DNA of 62,311 nt, filler included, from Chiloscyllium plagiosum (taxonomy: Eukaryota), in NCBI RefSeq assembly GCF_004010195.1. It is 3 parts of one record of this genome, joined end to end, with 100 filler letters (N's around TTAATTAATTAA, not from the genome) between each part and the next. Parts side by side here need not be neighbours in the genome. Positions count along the whole stretch, not along the records: positions 23,537 to 44,528 come from NC_057713.1; 2 more parts are not named here. One strand, 5' to 3'. Below are positions 25,200 through 37,734 of this stretch, in pieces. Made by a program: the position numbers and the translations under genes. A model generated the notes under the pieces. It ran no database searches and had not been told where the DNA came from. It worked only from the letters and a program-made list of their open reading frames with translations. Positions within the stretch are counted from its first letter, which is position 1. Each line of letters opens with the position of its first letter.

Positions 25200-25305
25200 T
25201 TTTTTTCTAACACTCCTGTTTTTTTAAAATATTTTAACCCCCCCACTCCTGCCTAACTGTGGTAGTGCTTTTTTTTCCCCAGCACCCATGTTGTGTGTGT
25301 GCAGG
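25200..25305 (-). mobile_element. Tx1-like LINE 3' UTR fragment
   Basis: tagtgctt..tttccccagcacccatgt.gtgtgtgtgcaggtg matches ~47205-47250. Confidence 0.85.
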
Positions 25306-26189
25306 TGAATCCCTGGCTTATAACTGTCAGCCAGGGCTCCTTGATTGGCCCAGGTTAAGAGGATCTCCTAGTCAACCAGATCCACCTGGCCCTTGTTCCA
25401 ATCACTACAATCTTATGGCACAACTGTTGTTTCTAATAACTGCCACACTTTAATGGCTGCCTGAACTACAGCACAAAGGTCAGTTCACTCACTGACCCAT
25501 CAGTCCCCTTTCTCATCTGGGAGCCTCAAAAATCCATTGGTCAATGCAATTAGGCTGAGAATTGTCCATATCAACTGGCTCGATCCCTCAGTACTGGCTC
25601 TTTGTAGTCACATTGTCCTGTTCCTGACCATCCACTAAACCAGGTGAGCCCAGCCTAAGGGTTGTGGCAGCTTCCTGGAACATGGCCTAAGGAACATACC
25701 ACCTCTCTGATACAGTACAGGATCTGAAGCTCAGACTCCAGCTCATTAACTCTGAGCCAAGTTTCTCAAAGCTGTGTGCATTCACTGTGGATGATGTGGA
25801 GTCCATGGTGTAAGCAGTTAAGCTATTAATTCAATACAATGTCTCCCCTGTACCAGATTAAATGATTGTGCTTCATTTTGAGAGGGAAAAAATAATTTAA
25901 AACCCACCAACTGCTCACCTTATTAATGGGCTTCAATCTCACAGTCTGTTGCTGGTCTCTGGCTCTTTCGCCCGACCCACTCCACTGTACCTCCTGCCTC
26001 ACTCACCGAATTCCCAAATTCTCAAATTCCCAAATTACTTGTTGGAAGCTGCAATCGTTGGGCTTACTTTATTTTTCATGTTTGAAAAATTCTTCATTTA
26101 ATATTGTTTCCTACATACTTTCAGAAGGCACTGTAGATCAATAATGCCATTTCCTCTTGAGTACTTGAGCTGATCTGTATTTAGCAGCT

Positions 26190-26389
26190 AGGTAAAAACA
26201 ATAACTGCAGATGCTGGAAACCAGATTTTGGATTAGTGGTGCTGGAAGAGCACAGCAGTTCAGGCAGCATCCAAGGAGCTTCGAAATCCTGATTCCTGAT
26301 GAAGGGCTTTTGCCCGAAACGTCGATTTGGAAGCTCCTTGCATGCTGCCTGAACTGCTGTGCCCTTCCAGCACCACTGATCCAGAATGC
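26190..26389. mobile_element. Palindromic family A mini-element
   Basis: TSD atttagcagct at 26179-26189 and 26390-26400; inverted arms. Confidence 0.92.
26293..26326 (+). ncRNA. Minimal type I hammerhead ribozyme motif (family A)
   Basis: ttc-CTGATGA-a-GGGC-tttt-GCCC-GAAA-CG-TC-gat; palindromic ACGT helix III; helix I short (2 bp). Confidence 0.75.
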
Positions 26390-27499
26390 ATTTAGCAGCT
26401 GCACATCTGCACAATAAAAGCTCTGCGGCTGAGCTGCAAATATCACTCTATAATGACTGTAACCCCAACTTCATGAATAATAATATTTTGGGGAATCTGT
26501 TGAAATATTGTGAGAAATTTCAGTTCACTATAACAAAGCAAAATATTGTGAAAGTGGCTTCCTGTTATGTAGCTGTTCTTCATAATTGTAAACCATGTCG
26601 AGATATTGCAAGAAGCAAACACTAGACAGGACATTCTTTCATTGGTCTTTGATATGATGTTGCTGTTTAGATGTTAAATCTGACTAATACAAAACATTGA
26701 CACAGGTTTGCATTAAACAACATGAGAGGCTTTAAAATTCCCCAAATGACATATCCTCAAAGATATGGAGCATGCTTGTTAAATTCTAGATCTGACATTT
26801 CATCTGTTGTTTAATTTCGATCTCTCTGTCAAACTCAAACTCTGCCAAACAAATTATTACAAAACAAGAAAGAGATGATGTCCAATCACCATTAACTGGG
26901 TGAAAATCAATAAGTCACAACAATCCTATGACAAAAGAATGAAAACAAGTTCCCCTCTTTTGATCTTGTTGACAGCTTCTACCTAACTGAGTTTTGAGTT
27001 ATTGTATCTCATTAAAGCTTGATTCCACATATAAAAACTTCAATCAAGCATTGTGGCAATAGCAAATCCAATTGAAGAAGGTAGATGTATTGTATTGAAG
27101 TTCTTGCTGAGTGCATTGTTAGTCTTCAGGGAAAGATGAAGGAATATATGATGACCTTGAGATTTATTCCTGCAAAAGCAAATGATGATTTACGGATGTT
27201 GCTGAAGGGAGTGGAGAAAACGTACAGCACAATATCTACAAATTGTCTTATCTTTCATCCTAGGCCCAAATGAGATCAGTAAATTGATCAGAATCGACCA
27301 GGCACGGTGTGTCTATTTGAAGAATCCTGTTAATCTTCGTTACATGGTAAATGATATATTCTGAAAGTTATATGGAGAATTAAATATACGAATCAGAACT
27401 ATTTATTTTAAGCAGAATGTAAGGGAACTGGCTTCATCTTAAACAAAGGAAGTATGCCATTCTAATAAACATGGCTGATCTATCCTTTGGCTGCAAGTT

Positions 27500-27777
27500 A
27501 ATAACATAGAACATTGTACAGCACAGTACAGGCCCTTCGGCCATCGATGTTGTGCTGACCACTTACCCTACTCTAAGATCAGACTAACCTACATACCTTT
27601 CATTGTACTATCACCCATGTGCCTATCTAAGAGTCGCTTAAATGTCCCTAATGTCTCTGACTCTACTCCCACTGCTGGCAGTGCATTCCACACACCCACC
27701 ACTCTCTGAGTAAAGAACCCACCTCTGACATCTCCCCTAAACCTTCCTCCAATCACCTTAAAATTATGCCCCATTGT
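27500..27777 (-). mobile_element. CR1 3' end running into a gap
   Basis: ORF 27589..27774 GHNFKVIGGRFRGDVRGGFFTQRVV; aacatagaacat tail. Confidence 0.9.
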
Positions 27778-28060
27778 NNNNNNNNNNNNNNNNNNNNNNN
27801 NNNNNNNNNNNNNNNNNNNNNNNNNNNNNNNNNNNNNNNNNNNNNNNNNNNNNNNNNNNNNNNNNNNNNNNNNNNNNNNNNNNNNNNNNNNNNNNNNNNN
27901 NNNNNNNNNNNNNNNNNNNNNNNNNNNNNNNNNNNNNNNNNNNNNNNNNNNNNNNNNNNNNNNNNNNNNNNNNNNNNNNNNNNNNNNNNNNNNNNNNNNN
28001 NNNNNNNNNNNNNNNNNNNNNNNNNNNNNNNNNNNNNNNNNNNNNNNNNNNNNNNNNNNN

Positions 28061-28345
28061 AGGAGAATCGACGTTTTGGGCAGAAGCCCTTCTTCAGGAA
28101 TGAGGAAGGTGTGCCAAGCAGGCTAAGATAAAAGGTAGGGAGGAGGGACTTGGGGGAGGGGAATTGGGAATACAATAGGTGGAAGGAGGTTAAGATGAGG
28201 GTGATAGGCCGGAGAGGGGGTGGGGGCGGAGAGGTCAGGAAGAAGATTGCAGGTCAAGAAGGCGGTGCTGAGTCTGAGGATTGGGACTGAGGAAAGGTGG
28301 GGGGAGGGGAAATGAGGAAGCTGGAGAAATCTGCATTCATCCCTT
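28061..28345 (-). mobile_element. Penelope-like 3' UTR with family A hammerhead tail
   Basis: Reverse cctcattcctgaagaagggcttctgcccaaaacgtcgattc; colinear with 17870-18160. Confidence 0.85.
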
Positions 28346-28404
28346 GTGCAATTTCCCCTCAAAGTCACATTCTATTCTGACTTGAAACTATATTGCCACG
28401 CACT

Positions 28405-28880
28405 GAGTCATACAACACAGAAACCAACCCTTCGGTCCAACCAGTCCATGCTGACCCTGTCCCCAATCTAAGCTAGTCCCACTTGCCTGCATTTGGCCCA
28501 TATCTCTCCAAACCTTCCCTATTCATGTCCTTATCCAAATGTCTTTTAAATGTTGTAACTGTACCTGCATCCAGCATTTCCTCTGACAGTTCATTCCACA
28601 CACACTAACCACTCTCTGTGTAAAAATGCTACCCCTCATGTCCTTTTTAAATCTTTATCCTCTCACCTTAAAAATATGTTCCCTAGTTTTGAACTTTCCC
28701 AACCTGTGGAAATGACCTTTGCTATTCCCCTTATCTATGCTGCTCATGATTTTATACATCTCTATAAGGTCAACTCTCAACCTCCTACACTCCAGTGAGA
28801 AAAGCCCCAACCTGTTCAGCCTATTTTTATAACTCAAGCCCTCTTTCCTGCAACATTCTGGCAAATCTTGTCTGAACCTT
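28405..28880 (-). mobile_element. CR1 3' fragment
   Basis: ORF 28655..29065 LSYKNRLNRLGLFSLECRRLRVDLIEMYKIM. Confidence 0.88.
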
Positions 28881-29189
28881 CTCCTAGTTGCTGTGTTAAC
28901 ATTTTGAAGCTCAAGAGAGTCAATCAGCAACACCTTCTCAAGGACATTGTGGCATGGGAGGATGCTGCTCGCAACACCCACATCCCAGGAATAGGAAGAA
29001 AAAACAGGGTAACCTTTTAATAAGGTAGTTATCAAAAACCATTTTAGTATTGAATTATCATGCACTGATGCTTTCCAGGCATTAGTTTTTCATAAATCAA
29101 ACGTCACTTTTACTAAACTATGAAACTATCCCTTCACAAACACCATCTTCAAGTTCCCCTCCAAGTTACTCACCATCCTAACGTTTTAA

Positions 29190-29540
29190 AACTTTATTCA
29201 TGGATGAGGGGGTCACTGGCTGGGCCAGCATTTCTTGCCCATCCCTAGTTGCCCAGAGGACAGTTAAGAGTCCATCACGTTGCAAGGGACTGCAGTCTCA
29301 CATAGACCAGATCAGGTAAGATGGCAGTTTCCTTCCCGAAAGGACATCAGTGAACTGGATGGGTTTTTTTGACAATCAACAATGGATTCATGATCATCAT
29401 TAGACTCTTAATTTCAGATTTTTATTGAATTCACAATTCACTATCTGTCATGGCAAGGTTCAAATCTGAGTCCCCAGAATATCACTTGGGTCTCTGGGTT
29501 AACATCCAGCGATGACACCACTAGGCTATCACCTATCCAA
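29190..29540 (-). mobile_element. Deu-domain (SacSINE1-like) SINE
   Basis: Reverse: tRNA-like head, ttcactgatgtcctttcgggaaggaaactgccatcttacctg core, gggatgggcaag.aatgctggcccagcc L2-type tail. Confidence 0.7.
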
Positions 29541-29544
29541 CTTA

Positions 29545-29985
29545 GAATCATAGAGACATAGAGATGTACAGCAAGGAAACAGACCCTTCAGTCCAACACG
29601 TCCATGCCAACCAGATATCCCAACCCAATCTAGTCCCACCTGCCAGCACCTGGCCCATATCCCTCCAAACCCTTCCTAGTCATATACCCATCCAGATGCC
29701 TTTTAATCATAGCTTCTTGAAAGTAGAGTCCCAGGTAGATAGGATAGTGAAGGAGGAGTTTGGTATGCTTTCCTTTATTGGTCAGCGTATTAAGTACAGG
29801 GGTTGGGAGGTCATGTTGCTGCTGTACAGGACATTGGTTAGACCACAGTTGGAATATTGCATGCAATTCTGGTCTCCTTCCTATCAGAAAAATGTTGAGA
29901 AATGTGAAAGGGTTCAGAAAAGATTTACAAGGATGTTGCCAGGGTTGGAGGATTTGAGCTACAGGGAGAGGCTGAACAGACTGCG
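29545..29985. mobile_element. CR1 insertion with 5' inversion
   Basis: 29545-29705 is the reverse 3' tail; 29706-29985 is forward RT (LKVESQVDRIVK...LSYRERLNRL). Confidence 0.8.
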
Positions 29986-30175
29986 GCTTGGAAATACATC
30001 ACCATTCCTTCACTGTCACTGGGTCACAACCCTGGAATTCCCTCCCTGAGGGCATTGTGGGTCAGTGCACAGCACATGGACTGCACTAGCTCACCCCCAC
30101 CTTCTCAAGGGGCAACTAGGGATGGGCAATAAATGCTGGGCCCAGCCAGCGATGCCCATATCCCATGACAGAATT
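29985..30175 (+). mobile_element. L2-type LINE/SINE 3' end
   Basis: ctcaaggggcaactagggatgggcaataaatgctggg...gatgcccatatccc; its 5' part lies at ~29140-29185. Confidence 0.7.
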
Positions 30176-31747
30176 TTTTAAGATCATAATTCATTAAATT
30201 TGACAGAAGTACAGTACTGTTTAGATTCTCAAAATACTCCTCGTAACTTTTTTTAAAGGAATAGCATTTACGCTGTAGAAAATTCCTTTTGTAAGCCACA
30301 GACCTGGAGATTGGAAGGCCAGATCAGGCGAGATTGTCATACTGTTCACAGTGCAATGATTTCTTTCTCATCTGATGAACCTTCACCAATCCTAGCCTCA
30401 ACATGGTACCACAAGCAAGGTTTTGCTTTTATTGCTTTTTGCTCTCACCCCATATCATCAGAGGAAGTTCGGTCGGACAAGGGTTTTTCAGCACCTGCTC
30501 CACAAGCAGTGCCAAGATTGCACCTGTCATTATGTTATTAAAGAAATTGTAGACTTTAGAAAAACACTGGTTGCCTGACATGTGATAGGAAGCAGTGGAA
30601 GCCGTCTACGCATTTATATTATTTTTTCTTCCCAAAGTAAAGCTCTGAATCAAAAAGATATTGAAGAGTAATTTGAAAAGCTAAACCAAACAGGAAAGCT
30701 ATTAACAATGTAAATAGAAAATGCTGTGAATACTCAGCAGGTCAGGCAGTAACTGTAGAGAGAGAAACAAATGTCAGGTTGGTAACGTTTTTTAACAATT
30801 AGAAAGTATCAGTGATGCAGCAGAGTTCAAACGGAGTACACTGTCTTTACAGCTCACACTGCAGTCTTCTCTAAATTGTAAAGATCAAATAAAAATTGTC
30901 TGACTGCTTTGTGGAACACCTTTGTTCAGTATGCAAGTGTGATCTCGTGCTTTTGGTTGCTGACATTTTGATTTTCCACCCCAATCCCATGCTGACTTTG
31001 TTATGATGGTATCTCTCATTGTTTGAATGAAGTTCAGTTGTAGCTTGAGGGATAGAGCTTTGTCTGTTAAATAGCTATTGAGGCTCAACATTGAGGTCAA
31101 TGTTTCTGATCATCAACACTAATTTATACAGCACTTTTAACATGATAAGACATTCTGAAGCACTTTGCGAGGACATGATAAACAAAACATGACATTAAGT
31201 CGCCAAAGTATTTAGAACAACAGATGGTTAAAAGTTTGGTTCAAAGGTTATTGTTATGGATTGCTTTAAAAGAAGAAAGAGGTTGAGAGGTGGAGAGGTG
31301 TGCAGTGACAGAGGTTTAGAGTTCAAGGCCAGAGCAATGAAGGTGTGGCCACCAAACTGCGGAGGGTTTTGTCTGAACGAGCCTACAGAGATTGGATGGA
31401 GGGAGGCCCAGGAGATGTCTCAAAGTAATGGTGAGAATCTTCACTCTGAGCTGCTGATTGCCTCAGGTTGAGAACATGCCCTGCTGAGAGTACAGCTGTT
31501 GGCTGAATGAGATTTGGTGCCAGTCAGAGATGAGCAGCAGAGTTTAGAATGGCCTCCTGTCAGGGCCACCATGACCACAGCCGTGGGGGAGGTTGGAGTT
31601 CAACAGAATTGAAAACTGCAGAGATAGACAGATTTTTAATCAGTCAGGGAATCTAGAGTTCTTGGGAAAAGGCAGGAAAGTGGAGTTGAGCATTGTCAGA
31701 TCAGCATGATCTCATTGAATGGTCGACCAGACTCATTAAACTGAATA

Positions 31748-31848
31748 GGTTCCTCATTCCTGAAGAAGGGCTTATGCCTGAAACGTCGATTCTCCTGCTC
31801 CTTGGATGCTGCCTGACCTGCTGCGCTTTTCCAGCAACACATTTTCAG
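31748..31848 (+). mobile_element. Single-arm family A mini-element inside a CR1 3' UTR
   Basis: TSD ctcattaaactgaata at 31732-31747 and 31849-31864; cctgaagaagggcttatgcctgaaacgtc. Confidence 0.92.
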
Positions 31849-31934
31849 CTCATTAAACTGAATAACCTACTTCTGTTCCTATGTCTTATATTATGGAAGA
31901 GGTCACATCCTCATGCTAACTTTCATACATTGGA

Positions 31935-33610
31935 GCCATAGAGTCATATAGCACAGAAACAGACCCTTCGACCCAATTCATCCATGCCAACTGGGTTTCC
32001 TAAACTAAACTAGGCTGCATTTGGTCCATATCCCTTGAAACCTTTCATATTTATATACGTGTTCAAATGTCTTTTAAATGTTGTAATTGTACTCACCTCC
32101 ACCACTTCCTCTGGCAATTTGTTCCACGTATGTGAAAAAGGTGCCCCTTAGGTCCCTTTAAATTTTTCCCCTTTCACCCTAAACCTATACCCTCCAGTTT
32201 TGGGCTTCCTACTCTGGGGATAATTGTACTCACCTCCACCACTTCCTCTGGCAATTTGTTCCACGTATGTCCCTTTAAATTTTTCCCCTTTCACCCTAAA
32301 CCTATACCCTCCAGTTTTGGGCTTCCTACTCTGGGGAAAAGGCTTTGACCATTCACCTTATCCATGCTTCTCATAATTTTAATAATGTCTATAAAACTTC
32401 TGCTGTTCCAGGGGAGAAAGTCCCAGCCTATCTAACTTCTCCTTAAAATACAAACCCTCTCATCTCGGTAACATCCTGATAAATATTTTCTGAACCTTCT
32501 TCAATTTAATAATTTACTTCCTATAGTAGAGCAACCAGAACCGCACTCTGTACTACAAAAGAGGTCTAACCAATGTCTGTACAACCTCAACATGACATTC
32601 CAACTCCTTTACTCAAAGGTCTGAGCAATGAAGGCAAGCATGCTAAACACCTTCTTAACCACCCTGTCTCCCAATGCCACTTTCAAGAAAATATGTTCTC
32701 GCACCCTGAGATCTTTCTGTTCACCAACACTACCCAGGGTCCTACCATTAACTGTATAAATCCTGCCTTTGTTTGTTTTATTAGAATGCAATACTTCACA
32801 TTCATCCAAATTAAACTCCATTGCCATTCCTCAGCCCTTTGACACAATTAATCAAAATCTCTTTGTAATCTTCGAGAACTTTCTTCACTGTCAACTGTAT
32901 CACCACTTTCAGTGTCATCCTCAAACTTACTAACAATATCTCTGAAATTCTCATCCAAATGGTTTGTATAAATGACAAACCAAAGTGGACCCAGTGCCAA
33001 TCCCTGTGGAATATTGCTGGTCACAGGCCTCCAGTCCAAAAGTAAACAACCCTCCACCATCACAGTCTGTCTCCTACAATCAACCCAATTTTTGTATCCA
33101 ATTGGCAAACTCTCCCTGAATCCCATGTGATCTAACTTTACTAATTAGTCTACAATGCAGAACCTTGTCGAAGGCCTTGCTAAAGTCCACATAGACAACA
33201 TCTAATGCTCTGCCATCATCTATCTCTTGGTCACCTATTCAAAAACTCAATCAAATTGGTGAGATACAATTTCTCATGCACAAAGTCATTGAGACTAGCT
33301 TTTACTTCCCCTTTCGAGGAGCTATTAACCTGTAGGCCAAAGTCCCTTTGTTCCGCAATACTCCCCAGGACTACACCAATAAGTGTATAAATCCAATGTA
33401 GCACCACACATTTATCTAAACCAAACTCCATCTGCCATGCCTCAGCCCATTGGCCCATCTGATCAAGATCCCATTGTTCTCTGAGGTAACCTTCTTCACT
33501 GTCAAATTTGTCATCTGCAAACTTACTAACTATATCTCCAATGTTCACATCCAAATCATTTATGTTAATGACGAAAAGCAGTGGACCCAGCACTGATCCG
33601 TGTGGCATAC
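31935..33610 (-). mobile_element. Decayed, rearranged CR1
   Basis: ORFs 32609..32827, 32848..33126, 33231..33608 ([15 protein letters not shown]); internal duplication ~32084-32340. Confidence 0.9.
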
Positions 33611-34044
33611 CGCATCCTGTTATACTGGTAGCAGTTAGGGTAGAGTGTCATGTCTTTTTATTATTGTAGGAAATTACAGATATTGCTGATAATTTTCCAC
33701 CGACTGAAAATTGTGGGAGTTGCAGCAGTGGTTTCTGTGCTCCTGTTCTCAGTAAGGTGAAGCTGAGTGTGTGCATTTGTAAGTGGCTCCTCCTGACCAC
33801 GGGCTTGAATGTCAAAAGAAACAGAACTTAACTCAAAAACAAAATTACATGGCTGTTAGAAATGCAGACGGTGCTAGAAATGCTCAGCAGCTCAGGCAGC
33901 ATCTGTGGAGAGGAAGCAGAGTGAGCATTTCAGATTGATAATCATTCAGATGAACTTGAATCTTTCTGCCAGTTGGTGTTTCGACTTGGGGTCTGTTGCC
34001 AGGTCAGTGAATAGTCTGGGATAGTTCTTATGTCAATTTCAGAA

Positions 34045-34450
34045 CCTACAACACAGAACAGTACAGCCCAGTAACAACCTTTCAGCCCTCAATGTTGTGT
34101 GCTGACCTTTTATCCTGCTCTATTAACCTACATTCTATTATCATCCATGTGCCTATCCAAGAGTCACTTAAATGTCCCTAATGTATCTGACTCTACTCCC
34201 ACTGCTGGCAGTGCATTCCACACACCCACCACTCTCTGAGTAAAGAACCCTCTGACATCTCCCCTAAACCTTCCTCCAATCACCTTAAAATTATGCCCCA
34301 TTGTGATAGCCATTTCTGCCCTGGGGAAAAGTGTCTGGCTATCCACTCTATCTATGCCTCTCATCATCTTGTACACCTCTATCAAGTCACCTCTCATCCT
34401 TCACACTCCAATGAGAAAAGCCCTAGCTCCCTCAACCTTTCTTCATAATA
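34045..34450 (-). mobile_element. CR1 3' end running into a gap
   Basis: ORF 34164..34397 RGDLIEVYKMMRGIDRVD...TQRVV. Confidence 0.9.
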
Positions 34451-35825
34451 NNNNNNNNNNNNNNNNNNNNNNNNNNNNNNNNNNNNNNNNNNNNNNNNNN
34501 NNNNNNNNNNNNNNNNNNNNNNNNNNNNNNNNNNNNNNNNNNNNNNNNNNNNNNNNNNNNNNNNNNNNNNNNNNNNNNNNNNNNNNNNNNNNNNNNNNNN
34601 NNNNNNNNNNNNNNNNNNNNNNNNNNNNNNNNNNNNNNNNNNNNNNNNNNNNNNNNNNNNNNNNNNNNNNNNNNNNNNNNNNNNNNNNNNNNNNNNNNNN
34701 NNNNNNNNNNNNNNNNNNNNNNNNNNNNNNNNNNNNNNNNNNNNNNNNNNNNNNNNNNNNNNNNNNNNNNNNNNNNNNNNNNNNNNNNNNNNNNNNNNNN
34801 NNNNNNNNNNNNNNNNNNNNNNNNNNNNNNNNNNNNNNNNNNNNNNNNNNNNNNNNNNNNNNNNNNNNNNNNNNNNNNNNNNNNNNNNNNNNNNNNNNNN
34901 NNNNNNNNNNNNNNNNNNNNNNNNNNNNNNNNNNNNNNNNNNNNNNNNNNTTCACACTCCCATCCCTTCCTTGCCTCAGTGGGACAAACCTGTCCAGCGC
35001 TCACAGCCAGTGCTCCCGAAACAATCTCCATATTTCTGTTGTGCATTTCCCTGAGAATAGTTCCTGCTTATTAGCATTATGATCCCCCCTCCCCCATTCC
35101 CATACCGTGTGCTCCTGCCCCTAAGTCCTGTCACTGGTAGAACCATGAGACTGTGAACTTGGAATGTTAATTGGTACCCCTCCTTCCTTTTGGGGGAATC
35201 TTATCAAAAGCCTTATTTGGTTCGGAAAAATGAACGTGATTGGGGAAATGGCAGGTTAGAGCAAAATGGTCGAATTTTTAAAACAGTAAATCACTCTTGT
35301 GCACCTTTCCCACTGTGAGATCGAATGGGGTTAATATGGAATCAGACGATATCTGTTTGTGGTGAAAAATCTCAAATTGACTTGATAGAAGGAAGTACAC
35401 TGATAGAAGGTGGCAGTAACTGGACCAAGGATACTTCTTAAAAATAAAGTTCTGGGATGGTTCAGATGCAGTGATTGTAACACAGTCACGTGGACCCCAA
35501 AGAATAAGGGTTCCCTGATTGGGGCTGTTAATCTGGTCCAATCAGGGAGCCCTGGCTGACAGATAGAAACAGGAGTGTCAGGGGTTCTGTTCATTCTGAG
35601 AGCTGGCTCTGAGGGAGCTGGGTCAGTGTTCGTGTAAATGCAGGGGGACTTGGTGACAGGATACCGGCCGCTCTGGGAGTTATTTCAGTGGCAATAAGAG
35701 TAGGATTAATGATGTAATCATGCTAAAGCGCCCACTAGCTAAAGCCCAATTGGACTTCAAACAGGCCCTCCAACTGGCTTTGTCAGGTGGAGCACTTGAG
35801 TTGCAGGGTATTCCAATGGAAGTGG

Positions 35826-36100
35826 ATGTTGCCAGGGTTGGAGGATTTGAGCTACAGGGAGAGGCTGAACAGGCTGGGGCTGTTTTCCCTGGAGCGTCAG
35901 AGGCTGAGGAGTGACCTTATAGAGGTTAACAAAATTATGAGGGGCATGGATAGGATAAATAGACAAAGTCTTTTCCCTGGGGTCGGGGAGTCCAGGACTA
36001 GAGGGCATAGGTTTAGGGTGAAAGGGGAAAGATATAAAAGAGACCTAAGGGGCAACTTTCTCACTCAGTGGGTGGTGTGTGTATGGAATGAGCTGCCAGA
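35826..36100 (+). mobile_element. CR1 fragment nested in the Gypsy element
   Basis: ORF 35787..36122 MLPGLEDLSYRERLNRLGLFSLE. Confidence 0.9.
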
Positions 36101-36166
36101 TTCAGGTCAGATTCAGCGGTGACCTCAAACACTAAGAGTGCGTGATTACAAATTGCAACACCATCC

Positions 36167-36251
36167 TGAAGAAGGGCTTATGCCCGAAACATCGATTCTC
36201 CTGTTCCCTGGATGCTGCCTGACCTGCTGCGCTTTTCCAGCAACACATTTT
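36167..36251 (+). mobile_element. Single-arm family A mini-element
   Basis: TSD caacaccatcc at 36156-36166 and 36252-36262. Confidence 0.9.
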
Positions 36252-36399
36252 CAACACCATCCAGGCGACCAAGTAGCAAATACAGCTGCACCCTGCTGGC
36301 AGATACACCCCCGGTGGTAACACCAATGAAAGAGTCTGTAATGGTTTTAATTTTTCTGGACACACTCCCAGTCACAGCTGACAATATCGGAAAGCAGGT

Positions 36400-36590
36400 C
36401 ATAACACCAGCGCTTCACCGGAAGCTCACTGATGACGTTATCAACGTGGTGACAAAACAGCTGAAAACAAACTTTGTAGCTCAGTGACCAAACTCACATC
36501 CAGAACATCCTGACAATATCAGAATTTGGATGCAGAAAGATCTGGTCCAGGCAAAACTCCAACCAATGAGCCATCACAAACAGAACAGAC
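36400..36590 (+). mobile_element. Poseidon-type PLE 3' fragment with degenerate hammerhead
   Basis: cactgatgacgttatcaacgtggtgacaaaacagctg resembles the reverse of 59296-59337. Confidence 0.5.
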
Positions 36591-37327
36591 GCCTTGTTGG
36601 ACCTAGAGAGACCAGGTCACAGGACAGGACGGCATATTATAATGGGGAGCAAGAAAGATTGTCCTGAGCAAAGGTCACTACAAGACACTGGCAGAACTCC
36701 ACCAGGGTCAGCCAAGGGTTTACAATGTAAAGATGCTGATAAGAGGTTATGTCTGGGAGCTCGGATTGGATGGAGACAGAACTGTTATGGTGGGGCAATG
36801 TCTAGAGTATCAACAAGAACAAAAATTACTACCAACAGCTCCCCGGTATTTGTGGGAATGGCTGGGTCTTACTCACTGACTGTACGGGTCCTTCCATGGT
36901 CCCAATGTTCTCAGTCATTGTGGATGCCCACTCAAAATGGAGGAACGTGCAGAGAGTTCATTCATCAAACATGGGGACAAAGATAGAAAAACTGTGTAAC
37001 ATCTTTTGCAACACATGGACTCCTGGAAGTGTTGGTCACAGATTAATGGGCCAGCAGGGAATTTGAGTATTTCCTAAAGTCAAATGTCATTTGGCATATA
37101 AAGGCTGCTCCATACCATCCATCATCCATGGTCTGGATGAAAGAGCAGTCCAAACATTTGAAGGCAGGCTGAAAGAACCAGCCTGTGTCCTCAGACTCAG
37201 AGCGGGAGGGATGTTGTGATTGTAACAGGGTCAGCCAGGTGGACATCATAGAATGGGAGTTCCCTGATTGTGGCTGTTAATCTGGTCCAATCAGGGAACC
37301 CTGGCTGACAGGTAACAACAGGACTGT

Positions 37328-37366
37328 TCTCCCTCCAACTCTATTTTGATTTAGTCCCTAAAAAAA
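37328..37366 (+). mobile_element. 39-bp poly(A)-tailed Tx1-like insertion in the 3' LTR
   Basis: TSD aacaacaggactgt at 37314-37327 and 37367-37380; insert ccctccaactctattttgatttagtcccta is the reverse complement of 47395-47424. Confidence 0.9.
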
Positions 37367-37734
37367 AACAACAGGACTGTCAGAGGTTCTGTTCACTCTG
37401 AGAGCTGGCTCTGAGGGAGCTGGGTCAGTGTAAAGGACTCTCCCCGTGTAAATACAGGGGGACTCAGTGACGGGATGCTGGCCTCCGTGGGAGTTATTTT
37501 AATTGGTGTGGTGTTTGTCAAGGTTTCTTGATGCCTTTGGTAAATTCTGAATGAAATTAAGGACTCTTCTCGCTCCCATGTATGGGACAAGGTCCTTCAA
37601 TGTCAAGAAGCATGTACTCAGAAATATCGCAAATTTTACAAAGCAGCATGAGAACATAGATTCACATGATCTATTTGTACACTGCTTTAGTCAGGAGGTC
37701 TCCGTTAAGGAACAATGACAGAAAGCAATATTAC

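Larger units (their letters stand above)
24607..25409 (-). mobile_element. Solo Gypsy LTR split by two LINE insertions
   Basis: Ends tgaaata... and ...caatcactaca match the reverse of LTR 35467-35687; target repeat tgaatccctggctta at 24725-24739 and 25306-25320. Confidence 0.85.
35467..37501 (+). mobile_element. Internally deleted Gypsy LTR retrotransposon (two LTRs, gag and integrase remnants)
   Basis: LTRs 35467-35687 and 37212-37501; PBS-like gtggca after the 5' LTR; PPT agcgggaggga before the 3' LTR; integrase-like VIVDAHSKW, FATHGL, APYHPSS.G..ERAVQTF; no TSD seen. Confidence 0.85.
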
